Positions 24,520-33,672 of a stretch of DNA of 64,000 nucleotides are shown one piece after another. The position numbers and the translations under genes are program-made. Source of the DNA: a virus (taxonomy: Duplodnaviria > Caudoviricetes); the IMG/VR virus record IMGVR_UViG_3300031965_000935, positions 4,792 through 68,791 of that record. One strand, 5' to 3'. Under the pieces are notes generated by a model. The model was not told the DNA's origin. It saw only the letters and a list, made by a program, of their open reading frames with translations, and ran no database searches. Numbering within the stretch: the stretch's first letter is position 1; every line of letters begins with the position of its first letter.

Positions 24520-26700
24520 ATGAAAAATAGTGCATACTGTGAAATTGACCTGACCATCACCAAGGCGGCAGTCCAGCCTAATGGCTCGATTCGCTGGCAG
24601 GCGGTCGCCTCAGACACCGGCCTGGACAGGGTAGAGGAAAGAACCTCTTTACCTCTTTTTCAGGACTGGATCGAGCGGGTTGAAAAGGGCCTGACAACTC
24701 CGTTTCTGCCCGATGCCCCCCGCATGCCGTTTCTGGGCCTATCTCACTATCCGGCCCTGGGCGGCCTGGGCGAAGCTGGGCCGACTATCCGTATGTACAT
24801 AGATGGCGACCGCTTCAAAGCGGATGGGAATTTCTATCAAGATGAATTTCATCCCCTTGGCCCCTCTCTTTTTGGGGCCATTGCCACCGAGCGGGCATTG
24901 CTCAAGCGAGGAGAAGCGGTTGATAATCCAATCCGAATTTCAGCCGCCTGGTGGGATTTGCAGCATGCCCACGGCGACTTTGTTTTTACGCGGCGGTCAC
25001 TGGCCGACCGCTGCCCGCTTTGTGACCAGGGGGTGAAAGATAAAGTATACCTGAAAGGGCAACTCGACCATTTTGCCGCTACCCGGGTCCCGATGAACCC
25101 CCGGACTGATTTAACGCTGGAGGAAAAGTCTATGAAAAAGATTACCCGCAAAGAGGATGCTGCCTCGATTATTGACGATGATCTCCTGGTTGAAGCTCTT
25201 GATAAAAAAGCCCGGCTAGTCGGCAAGGCAGATACCGATCTTGGCGTGGACCCGGCGGCCCTGGTCATCCGGGCGACCTCTTTAGGCGACTATTTGCGCC
25301 AAAAGAGGGAAGCCCTGGAATTGTCGCTAGAGGACGCGGCCGCCGAGCTAGATTTAGAGGCTGATGACCTGAGCGCCATTGAAGCCGGCAAAACCGTATT
25401 TCCGGCCAAAGAGGTCTTGAGCGCTCTGGCAAAGCTCTACAAAGTTGAGGCAGACGAGCTCATAGGCATGTTGCCTAAACCCAAACGTAAGGCAGACCTG
25501 GGCGAGCTCGGTTCGACTGAGACCTCGGCGAGCTCGGTCGAGCCGCTCACCGAAGTCACCCCTGAGCAATTCAACCCAGCCCAATTTGACAAACTTACCA
25601 AAAAGGCGGCCATGATGAAAACAGTGGACGGGGAGGATTATCCTGCCTCTGACTTCCTGGTAGTCGAGGACCCGGAAGGGCCGTCAACCTGGCATCTGCA
25701 GGTCAGGCGGCAGGGCGAAATTGACCACCGGCTCATGGGAGCGGCCTGGGCAGCCTTACACGGCGGCTACCGTGGCAACAAATACGAGGGGCCGGAAAAG
25801 GGGAAAGCCCTGGCCACTCTCAAGAAACTGTATAAGGCGGAAGAGATGCCAATGCCAAATGAAAAGAGCCTGGCTTCGACCCTTCCACAAGGTCAGGGCT
25901 CAGCCGAAAAAATGGGCAACGGCCATTTCGACAGGCTCAATGGCGAAGGAATGGAAGCCTATCCCGAGATGCCCAAGCCCCTGGGCGGTGCGCTTTCGAT
26001 TGATGAGGCTGAAACCTATCTCGATTCAAACGAGAAAATGAGGAGACTTTACAGTAACTGGGACATTTTCAACCAGGTGACAGGCAACATTATGGCTGAT
26101 GAGGAAATGGCCCCGGCCGATCGGATTAAGGCCCTGGGAACGGCGATTGAGGACTTTGGCGACCGGGTGGCGGCATTAAAGGCATCTCTAGCCGATGCGT
26201 TCCTCTTGACCCAGAGCGCCGCCGATGAATGGGTAACAGCCGATGGATATAACGAGGTAATAACTGAGACCCCCGTTCAAGCGGGGCACAACGAAGGGAG
26301 TAATATCATGAGCATTGAGACAACTGTAGATGGAATCGTGGCGAACGGGGCCTTATCCAAAGAGCAAAAGGCGGCCGCGATTCAAGAGGCTTTCCAGGGG
26401 TACGCTGAGACGGTCAAGGGCAAGCTGGACACCGAACCGGCCGCCCCGCCTGACCCGGCGGCTACACTTAAAGGGGCGCTGGCTGAAGCGTTAAGCCCAC
26501 TAACTGAGCAGCTTGGCCTGCTCATTGCCAAACTGGCTCAGCCTACCCAGGCGCAGCCTCAGATGACCCTGACTGCCTGGCCGCAACAAAAGTCCCTGGC
26601 CCCTGGCTATCAGCCGCAAATCGTTGATGATGGCCCTGCGAAAAAGATTATGAGCCCCCTGACAGCGGCCATCCGGCGTTCAGTGGGTATCGTAGAGTAG
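24520..26700 (+). CDS. prohead protease/scaffold polyprotein with an internal XRE HTH
   Basis: N-terminal ASDTGLDR protease-like region upstream of the capsid gene; LGDYLRQKRE...SLEDAA.ELDL....LSAIEAG; acidic C-terminal scaffold. Confidence 0.75.
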   Translation: MKNSAYCEIDLTITKAAVQPNGSIRWQAVASDTGLDRVEERTSLPLFQDWIERVEKGLTTPFLPDAPRMPFLGLSHYPALGGLGEAGPTIRMYIDGDRFKADGNFYQDEFHPLGPSLFGAIATERALLKRGEAVDNPIRISAAWWDLQHAHGDFVFTRRSLADRCPLCDQGVKDKVYLKGQLDHFAATRVPMNPRTDLTLEEKSMKKITRKEDAASIIDDDLLVEALDKKARLVGKADTDLGVDPAALVIRATSLGDYLRQKREALELSLEDAAAELDLEADDLSAIEAGKTVFPAKEVLSALAKLYKVEADELIGMLPKPKRKADLGELGSTETSASSVEPLTEVTPEQFNPAQFDKLTKKAAMMKTVDGEDYPASDFLVVEDPEGPSTWHLQVRRQGEIDHRLMGAAWAALHGGYRGNKYEGPEKGKALATLKKLYKAEEMPMPNEKSLASTLPQGQGSAEKMGNGHFDRLNGEGMEAYPEMPKPLGGALSIDEAETYLDSNEKMRRLYSNWDIFNQVTGNIMADEEMAPADRIKALGTAIEDFGDRVAALKASLADAFLLTQSAADEWVTADGYNEVITETPVQAGHNEGSNIMSIETTVDGIVANGALSKEQKAAAIQEAFQGYAETVKGKLDTEPAAPPDPAATLKGALAEALSPLTEQLGLLIAKLAQPTQAQPQMTLTAWPQQKSLAPGYQPQIVDDGPAKKIMSPLTAAIRRSVGIVE

Positions 26701-26896
26701 TCATTGGACAGAAACGTTTGGTGTTTTGTGTTAAGCCCTGGCCGTTAAGCCGCCCTCCGGCGTGGCCAGAGCGTACAAAGTCAAGCCGAACTGTAGACAT
26801 TATCAATAGTCATTAGTCACTGGTCATTTGTCAGTAGCTTTGCGGCTCGACTGAGCTCGCCGAAGTCAAATGACTAACAACTAAAGGAGAAACATC

Positions 26897-28114
26897 ATGT
26901 TTACGGTTCCTCAGATTTTCCCTGGTGAAAAGGTTTTAAATTTTGGCGGTGGCTCTGGTGTGCGCGGTGACGGCAGTCCAGTCGTTTCCCAGGGCGCTTT
27001 CATCAGCCGCACCACCGACCCCCTGGTCTTGCCGCAGCCCTACGCGCAGCCGGCCGATTTTACGGCTCAGTATCCGATCCCCCTGGATCCGACTGAGCTT
27101 ATTGCCATGTGCGAGGAGGTCACGGCATGGGCGGCCATCCCTGAGATTGAAAGCCCGCTGAACGGCATCACCTGGCGCGAGCTCAACAGCCTTGCTTTCA
27201 CCTCTGGCTCGAACTACATCGCCTTTGCCGATGGGGAGTGCCCGGAGGAGTTTACGGCTAACGGCGACAATACCACCATCAACCACAAGAATATCGGCGC
27301 AAAAAAGAGCCTCAGCCAGCGTGACATCAAACACTCCATGGCCGTAGCCGGCTATGGCATCAACGGCATCAATCGGCTCATTGGCGGCATCCCCTCTAGC
27401 GCGGGCCTGCCCGGCGGCTCGGATACAGCCACCTTTGTCCAGGAAGCGGTCGCGGACGCCAAGGAAAAAGAGGTCCGCAAAGCTATGACCCTGACCTTGA
27501 ACGGATGGGATCGTCTGTTGGTCCTGGGTGATGCCACTACCCGGCCGCTCGAATTTGATGGTATAGAGAATTTGGTCACAGCCGCAGGCGGCTCGCATGT
27601 CAACTCGAGCGCCCCCTCCGGGACCTTCAGCGCGGCCACCTTTGACAGATTCCTGTCCGAAAGCTGCGCCAAGCCGACCCACATTTTTGGCCACCCGCAG
27701 GCCGTGCAAGAGATGCTGTCCGGCTACTTCCAGTTGGGGTTTGCCGGTTCCCAGGTCATTCAATTCGACAATGGCAACCGCCTTACCCCAGGGTTTAACT
27801 TTGCCGGGTTTGTCAATACCGGCGTAGGCCGCCTGGCCGTAATTTCAGACAACAACTTTACCCGGGCCAACCTCGGCGGCGGGACGTTCTTTAGCACCCT
27901 GTTTGGCCTGAGAATGACCCACAACGGCGAGCCCCTGGTCTACAAAAGCACTCAGATTCCTTTACAGATGGTAGACCTGGTGCCCGGCTGTACGGCGGTA
28001 TCGTTTGAGGTCTGGGCGGCCACATCGCTGATTATCAAGCACCTGTGCGCGCATGGTCGATTCTCTGCAGTTTTCAGCGGAAACATCGTGACGACCTGTC
28101 CCGTGATCGGTTAG
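26897..28114 (+). CDS. major capsid protein
   Basis: 405 aa after the protease; AGGAG RBS; PLEFDGIE; followed by a strong terminator. Confidence 0.8.
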   Translation: MFTVPQIFPGEKVLNFGGGSGVRGDGSPVVSQGAFISRTTDPLVLPQPYAQPADFTAQYPIPLDPTELIAMCEEVTAWAAIPEIESPLNGITWRELNSLAFTSGSNYIAFADGECPEEFTANGDNTTINHKNIGAKKSLSQRDIKHSMAVAGYGINGINRLIGGIPSSAGLPGGSDTATFVQEAVADAKEKEVRKAMTLTLNGWDRLLVLGDATTRPLEFDGIENLVTAAGGSHVNSSAPSGTFSAATFDRFLSESCAKPTHIFGHPQAVQEMLSGYFQLGFAGSQVIQFDNGNRLTPGFNFAGFVNTGVGRLAVISDNNFTRANLGGGTFFSTLFGLRMTHNGEPLVYKSTQIPLQMVDLVPGCTAVSFEVWAATSLIIKHLCAHGRFSAVFSGNIVTTCPVIG

Positions 28115-28152
28115 CCGCCTGACTTTCTAATACTCTGATTTTATGCCCGACA

Positions 28153-28190
28153 AATAGGGGATGGGGGTTACTCCCCGTCCCCTATTTTTT
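28153..28190 (+). terminator. intrinsic terminator after the capsid gene
   Basis: aataggggatgggg-gttact-ccccgtcccctatt-tttt. Confidence 0.8.
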
Positions 28191-28227
28191 TGACCGCAAT
28201 AAGCTGGCGGGAATTTAGGTAATAGAT

Positions 28228-28584
28228 ATGGAAAATATTGGAAAGTTGCTTGAATTAACCCAACAGATCATGGTCTTGCGTCATCTGCCAGGGGAGCACA
28301 ACCAGAAAACGCATGGCTCTGGCGGCGTTGGCGGCATCTTTGAGGAACTGCCTAAAAATCTAACCCTATTAACCAAAAAGACGAAAAACAGCATCGTGGG
28401 CAAACTGGCGGCTTTGTCAGCCAACGATCTAAGATCAGCTCGTGACCAGAACGACAAAGAATGGGCTGAAGCCCACAAGAGCCATGATAGGGACAAAATC
28501 CAGGCGGCTTGGGTTAAGGATGGTCTCATAGAATTTGCTATAAAGAAACGGAAAAAAGACCTGGAGAAACAACTAAAGTCCTGA
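28228..28584 (+). CDS. basic protein with the LRHLPGEHNQKTHG tag
   Basis: Motif shared with 28929..29918. Confidence 0.65.
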   Translation: MENIGKLLELTQQIMVLRHLPGEHNQKTHGSGGVGGIFEELPKNLTLLTKKTKNSIVGKLAALSANDLRSARDQNDKEWAEAHKSHDRDKIQAAWVKDGLIEFAIKKRKKDLEKQLKS

Positions 28585-28665
28585 TGTCCTAACAGCCTCC
28601 AACTCGAATAATAATACATCCTGATATATTATAATATGAGATAAATATTGTTTTCGGAGGCTGCA

Positions 28666-28932
28666 ATGAGAATTATCGGAGTACACGTACCAAAAGCCGG
28701 CGGGCTTTCCTTGCGCGATCATCTGGAGCATATTTTTGGCGAGGATCGGATAATCTACGACTATAACCACGTAGACCGCCCAGGAGCCAAGGTAAAAGAG
28801 TTCTTTGACCTCTGGCCCTCTTTGGTCGAGGCCGAGCCTCACCCGAATCAGGGGTCGCTATTCGGCCCTTCGGGGCGGAGCAAAGAACAATTGATTGAAG
28901 CCTGGATAAAGCAGGGGGAATATAGCCAATGA
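28666..28932 (+). CDS. truncated sulfotransferase-like protein
   Basis: MRIIGVHVPKAGGLSLR resembles the 5'-PAPS-binding HxPKxGGxS motif; far too short for a full enzyme. Confidence 0.5.
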   Translation: MRIIGVHVPKAGGLSLRDHLEHIFGEDRIIYDYNHVDRPGAKVKEFFDLWPSLVEAEPHPNQGSLFGPSGRSKEQLIEAWIKQGEYSQ

Positions 28933-29918
28933 GCCTTATAACCGAAAAAGCCGATTTGAAGGGGCAAGTAAACCGCTATTTGACCTTATTATCAAGTCTT
29001 GAGTTTACCCCAGTGAGTCTCATAGAGGACTTGCAATACTTTAAGGGGCTGGTCGAGTTTGCGGATCCGAGTGAACTAGAATCGCTCTATGGGGACTGGT
29101 CAGAAATCAGGCCCAGAGATCAGCGATCTATGGCCTATATTCTGGACAGGGATATAAGCAAACTGCCTATGCCCCAAAAAAGCACATTTCAGGCGATTCT
29201 AGCCTTACGAGGGGGAAGTAACCCTGACAACTCTGGGCGCGCTGTCCAGTCAAGAAAAATGGTCTTGCGTCATCTGGCCGGCAAACACAACCAGAAAACG
29301 CATGGGACAGGCGGCGGCAAAGGAGCGGTCAGGAGCGTATCTCCTGAGCGCAAAGAACAGGGCAAAGCGTCAAAACAATCACAAGACGCCAAAAGTAAGA
29401 AGTTTGGCTGGCGGTCTAAGGCCATGGCAAACCTTGAAACAGAAATAGCCGGGGCCTCAAGAGAAAGCGCAGCCGCCTACGATAAGAACGGAAAAGAACT
29501 TTTTAAGATAGGCGGTAAACAGTCTGAGGTAAACTTTTCGGATGACCAATTGAGACAAATGAAAGGGGCAATTGTCACTCATAATCATCCTTCAACTATA
29601 AATGGTAAAAAATACCCGGACGGGGGGTCATTTTCTCCTAGCGACATCCAGCTTATGCTAAATACCGGGGCGGCGGAAGTAAGGGCCGTCACTGAAAATT
29701 ATATCTATCGGGTGCGCCCGAAACTGGTCGGCGGTCAGCCGGTCAGGAATGCCCTAAATTTTTTAGACCGGCGTAAGGCAAAGGTGCAATCCTCTTTATC
29801 AAAAGAGTATCAAAAGGGCAAGATGACTAAAGAGGCTTATGCTGTTGAATTTTGGCATCAACTCTGGCAAGGTGCGGCTGATGAGGGGCTATTAGAATAT
29901 GAAAGGATAGATCGCTAA
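28929..29918 (+). CDS. head-associated protein with C-terminal JAB/MPN-like domain (putative toxin)
   Basis: LRHLAGKHNQKTHG tag; E.AAAYD.NG...IVTHNHP...SFSPSDI. Confidence 0.7.
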   Translation: MSLITEKADLKGQVNRYLTLLSSLEFTPVSLIEDLQYFKGLVEFADPSELESLYGDWSEIRPRDQRSMAYILDRDISKLPMPQKSTFQAILALRGGSNPDNSGRAVQSRKMVLRHLAGKHNQKTHGTGGGKGAVRSVSPERKEQGKASKQSQDAKSKKFGWRSKAMANLETEIAGASRESAAAYDKNGKELFKIGGKQSEVNFSDDQLRQMKGAIVTHNHPSTINGKKYPDGGSFSPSDIQLMLNTGAAEVRAVTENYIYRVRPKLVGGQPVRNALNFLDRRKAKVQSSLSKEYQKGKMTKEAYAVEFWHQLWQGAADEGLLEYERIDR

Positions 29919-31024
29919 TGCCATTTACAATAGACAAAGAGCGGGCTGACATGTTTGAAGTCGAGCCTTTGGTTGACGAAACAATAACCAAAGCCGGTGC
30001 GCGTCATACCCGTACCGAGTTTGCAACCATTCAGGAGATACATGATACCATGGCCGCCTGGGGCGCAGTCTGTGAAGTGCCCCGGCCTTATCCGCTCGAC
30101 AAGCTCGCGGTCAAGGCCGGGGCCAAACATTCGCGGGCTGACCTGGCGGCGATTCAGACTATCCATGACTTGACCCTTGAGTTAGGCGCAAAATGCCCAC
30201 TCCCCCGGCTGTACCCGGTTGCCGAAGCGCAAAAGGCCCTGACCTACAAGGCAAACAACCAGGGGGCAATGGTCGCTTTATTCTTGCCGCCGGAGAAAGC
30301 GGGGCAATACGCATTGCCGGCCGGGATAGTCAAAGATAGAACTCCTCCCAATGAGTTACATTTGACCCTGGTCTATTTGGGTCAGTCTAATGAGCTCTCT
30401 GATGCCCAGAAACTGGGGCTACATCAGGGGATTATGGCTCTATCTCAACGGTGGGGGCCTATAGCGGGGCATATTAACGGGGTAGGGCGGTTTTGCAATG
30501 GGTCTAAGCCCGGTCAAGTGGATGATGAAGGGGACCCATTTTTTATCATTCCAGACCTGCCGGCCCTGGTCGAGTTTCGGGACGATCTGCTAACTAAGAT
30601 TGCCCTGACCGGGGTAAAGCCGTCGGCCGATCATGGTTACACTCCTCACATTACCCTGGCATATATCGAGCATGATGCCCCCAATCCCTTTAGCCAATTG
30701 GATAGAGCGGCGATAGAGTTTCCGCACCTGAGCCTGGTATTTGGCGAGGATCGCTATGATTACGCTTTCTTGGGCGGCCGGCCTTACGCGCAAAAAAGTC
30801 AGGCCGACGCGCCAAATTACCACCCGACCCATTGGGCCAGACGGTGTGAGAATTGTACTTTCTTTGGCGGCCAGGATGGGATAGATGACCGTTGCACCCG
30901 GTTTGATTTTGTAGCCGACCTGGATTATGTCTGTGATGACTGGTCGGCTCAGAATCCTGACGAGATTCCGGGTTTCGAGGGCAAGTCTTTGGCTGAAGTG
31001 GCAGCCCTGATCTTTAGTCAGTAG
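29918..31024 (+). CDS. multidomain protein: two KAGA(R/K)H repeats, 2H phosphoesterase, C-terminal four-Cys domain
   Basis: LHLTLVYLG and YTPHITLAY (two HxT motifs); Y...CENC.FF...C......VCD.W. Confidence 0.8.
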   Translation: MPFTIDKERADMFEVEPLVDETITKAGARHTRTEFATIQEIHDTMAAWGAVCEVPRPYPLDKLAVKAGAKHSRADLAAIQTIHDLTLELGAKCPLPRLYPVAEAQKALTYKANNQGAMVALFLPPEKAGQYALPAGIVKDRTPPNELHLTLVYLGQSNELSDAQKLGLHQGIMALSQRWGPIAGHINGVGRFCNGSKPGQVDDEGDPFFIIPDLPALVEFRDDLLTKIALTGVKPSADHGYTPHITLAYIEHDAPNPFSQLDRAAIEFPHLSLVFGEDRYDYAFLGGRPYAQKSQADAPNYHPTHWARRCENCTFFGGQDGIDDRCTRFDFVADLDYVCDDWSAQNPDEIPGFEGKSLAEVAALIFSQ

Positions 31025-31200
31025 TCAATCTGGTAAAATCGGCCAGAATCTGCTAGTATTATCCATACAACCATATAGGGCCGGGCGGCTCTTTTGGCTC
31101 TAAATCTCACATTGGCCAAGATTAGACTTTGAATCGGGTAGCCCGGCCCATCAAAGTTTCGACAAGCTCAAATTTCGATAGGCTCAATTATTATGAGGTA

Positions 31201-31404
31201 ATGTTGAGAGTAGAAAATTTGCCGCCCGGCGCTCAGGTCAACGGGCAAAACCAGGTGGCGCTACGATATTATCAACCGGCTCCGGTCGTAGTGGCCGCCG
31301 GGAGAAAAAGTTACTTTGCCGATGTCCGGGCGGCTATCTCCCTGACCTGGGTAGACCTGGAAAATGTAGCTGAAGTATTGGACAAGAAAAAAGACTGCGG
31401 CTGA
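31201..31404 (+). CDS. hypothetical protein
   Basis: ATG behind GAGG. Confidence 0.45.
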   Translation: MLRVENLPPGAQVNGQNQVALRYYQPAPVVVAAGRKSYFADVRAAISLTWVDLENVAEVLDKKKDCG

Positions 31405-31487
31405 AAGAAAAAGAGGCAGCTATTTAGCTATGCCTCTGAAGATGCGGTTCGCATCTGGACAAATGGCGGCGGGCGGTAAATAGACAG

Positions 31488-32177
31488 ATGAAGAAAATCG
31501 CTCTAATAACCCCAGTCTGGAATAAGGCCGACCTGACACACCAGTACCTGTCAGGTCATTGGTACTTTTACCAGGCGCGGCCCTCGGTCGAGTTTGTTGT
31601 CATAGACAATGGCTCAAATGATGAGACGCAAGGGTTGCTCAGAACCTGGCAAAAAGTTATGAAAGAACGGCTAACCATTCTTTCCAACAAAAAGAACATG
31701 GGCTTTGCCAGGGCCTGCAACCAGGGAGCGGCTCAGACCGAGGCCGACATCCTGGTCTTTATCAATAATGATGTGATTGTCCAGGGGGATTATCTGAGAC
31801 ATATCGAGGCTGCCTTAACTGAGAACCTGCAAAGTCTGGTAGGAGCGGCCTATCTGGACTATGACACCGGCTGGAATCGATTCAGGACTGAGACTGGTCG
31901 GGAAATTATCATTCCCTACCTGGCCGGCTGGTGTTTGGGCCTACATCGGCTTGATTTTGAGCTTTTAAGAAACTTTGATGAACAATATAGCCCGGCTGAC
32001 TATGAGGATTTAGATTTCTGTTATGAAGCCACACAGAAAAATTACCAGCTTGTCGGCCTTGATTTGCCCCTGGCCCACCTGGGCGCCCAGAGCGGGGGGC
32101 AGTTAGTGAACAGGCGCGAAATTACCCGCCAAAACCGGGAAAAGTTCAAAGTAAAGTGGAGACTGTATGAACCTTGA
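31488..32177 (+). CDS. GT2 glycosyltransferase (paralogue of 19767..20558)
   Basis: ALITPVWN, IDNGSND, GFARACNQG, NNDV, YLAGWCL, YEDLD. Confidence 0.9.
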   Translation: MKKIALITPVWNKADLTHQYLSGHWYFYQARPSVEFVVIDNGSNDETQGLLRTWQKVMKERLTILSNKKNMGFARACNQGAAQTEADILVFINNDVIVQGDYLRHIEAALTENLQSLVGAAYLDYDTGWNRFRTETGREIIIPYLAGWCLGLHRLDFELLRNFDEQYSPADYEDLDFCYEATQKNYQLVGLDLPLAHLGAQSGGQLVNRREITRQNREKFKVKWRLYEP

Positions 32178-32568
32178 AGATTTGAAACTGTCTAAAAAAA
32201 CCACCCTGGCTTTAGAAAAAGCTGGATGGCAGATTATGGAACTGGCGACCGCCTCAGTCGGTCAACTAGTCGCTATTGGCCTGACTGAGCGTGAGGCGGT
32301 CAAGGCCATTGGGGCGGCTGGCCGCCTGGTCAATGAAGCAAAAAAACTTGAGGCATACCGGGCCGATGTCCTATCTATCATTCCCCCTTCTCCGCCCAAC
32401 GCTCCTTCTCGCCCCTCGCCACCTCCTCCAGTCTACGGCCCGGCCACCTCAGCCGCTTTTCCTGAAGATTGGTTGAGCGGCCAGACCGCCCCGCCGCCGA
32501 TGTCTCTCAGGGTCCAGCGCATCTTTGACCAGGCGGTGAGGGATTATCAAGCCGTCAAGCGTTATTAG
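32167..32568 (+). CDS. HhH/alpha-CTD-like N-terminus with Pro-rich tail
   Basis: LEDLKLSKKT..ALEKAG...ELA.AS..QL..IGL. Confidence 0.5.
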   Translation: MNLEDLKLSKKTTLALEKAGWQIMELATASVGQLVAIGLTEREAVKAIGAAGRLVNEAKKLEAYRADVLSIIPPSPPNAPSRPSPPPPVYGPATSAAFPEDWLSGQTAPPPMSLRVQRIFDQAVRDYQAVKRY

Positions 32569-32669
32569 TCCTTTGTCATTTGTCCATTGCTAACAATCTA
32601 ATGACTAATGCTAATGACTGGTGACGGTTCGACTGAGCTCACCGAAGTCAAAGGACTAAGGACAAATAG

Positions 32670-33572
32670 ATGATCCGTTGCGTTTTGACGAGTATTTACT
32701 ACCCTATGGCCATTTTGAGATACTTTGAAGCGGCCTTGCGCCGGCGGCCTGATGTAGAGCTCTTTACTGTTGGCCCTTTCACCGGCCCGGCTATCCCCTG
32801 GAATGGCGGCATGACACTGCCCCAAAAATACGCCATTGCCCCTGATTTGCCCTTGGGCAACATTGTCCAGGGGAACGTTCCTATTAACTACATTGAAACC
32901 CTTTTACCCTGGTCGCCTGACCTCTGGCTGCAAGTAGACGCCGGCTTTTTCCTGAGCGGGCGGCCAAAAAGCGGCTTAAATGCCTTTGTGGGCACGGATC
33001 CACACGTGTTGGACTACAGCCTCCAGCGGGCGCTGGCCGACAAGTTTTTCTGTATGCAGGCATATTATGCCCAGGGGAGGGACGAATATCTACCCTATGC
33101 TTATGACCCCCTCTGGCATGCCCCAGAAAAGCAGCCTCGGCGGTATGATGTAGTTTTGCTTGGCCTACATTACGAGAATCGGAATCGTTTAGTGAGCGAA
33201 CTCAAACGTCAGGGGGTAAATGTGTTTTATGAACTGGGGCCTGTTTTTGACGAGGCGCGGGCCATTTATAACAGCGCTCCCCTGGGCCTCAATTGGTCGA
33301 GTTTGAATGACCTGACGGCCAGGGTCTTTGAGCTCCTGGGCATGGGCCGGCTGGCAGTGGTCAATCGCGTGCCCGACCTGGGGCAATTCTTTGAAGATGG
33401 CCGCGATCTGGCCGCCTTCGATTCGTTAGGTGAGGCAGTAGAAAAGGTTTTGCACTATCTGGCCCATCCAGAACAGGCGGCAGCCATTGCCCACCAGGGA
33501 AAGAAAACGGTCGCCCCACACACCTGGGACGACCGGGTTGAGCAAATATTCAAAACTTGCAAACTGGTTTAA
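32670..33572 (+). CDS. CgeB-like glycosyltransferase
   Basis: LPYAYDP, YDVVLLG, NR.RL, LN....RVFE.LG.G, F.DG.DL..F. Confidence 0.85.
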   Translation: MIRCVLTSIYYPMAILRYFEAALRRRPDVELFTVGPFTGPAIPWNGGMTLPQKYAIAPDLPLGNIVQGNVPINYIETLLPWSPDLWLQVDAGFFLSGRPKSGLNAFVGTDPHVLDYSLQRALADKFFCMQAYYAQGRDEYLPYAYDPLWHAPEKQPRRYDVVLLGLHYENRNRLVSELKRQGVNVFYELGPVFDEARAIYNSAPLGLNWSSLNDLTARVFELLGMGRLAVVNRVPDLGQFFEDGRDLAAFDSLGEAVEKVLHYLAHPEQAAAIAHQGKKTVAPHTWDDRVEQIFKTCKLV

Positions 33573-33672
33573 GGTAAGCTATAATCTTCCTGAGAGTTTC
33601 TTGTCGGTTTTCTCCTCCTTTTCCGAATAACCCCCTGAGGACTAACCTCCCCCCGGGGGGTTATTCATTTTC
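33557..33672 (+). ncRNA. candidate about 80-nt sRNA with an anti-SD tract
   Basis: TTGCAA(33557)-17-TATAAT(33580-85); UCUCCUCCUUUUCC at 33611-24; hairpin gaataacccc/ggggttattc at 33625-66. Confidence 0.45.

Noticed and set aside
26936-27763. 275-aa antisense ORF over the capsid gene, and similar shadow ORFs (for example 20928..21362, 3471..3917, 57494..58027)
   Set aside because: Fully overlap well-supported genes, have no motifs or RBS, and are expected in GC-rich DNA.
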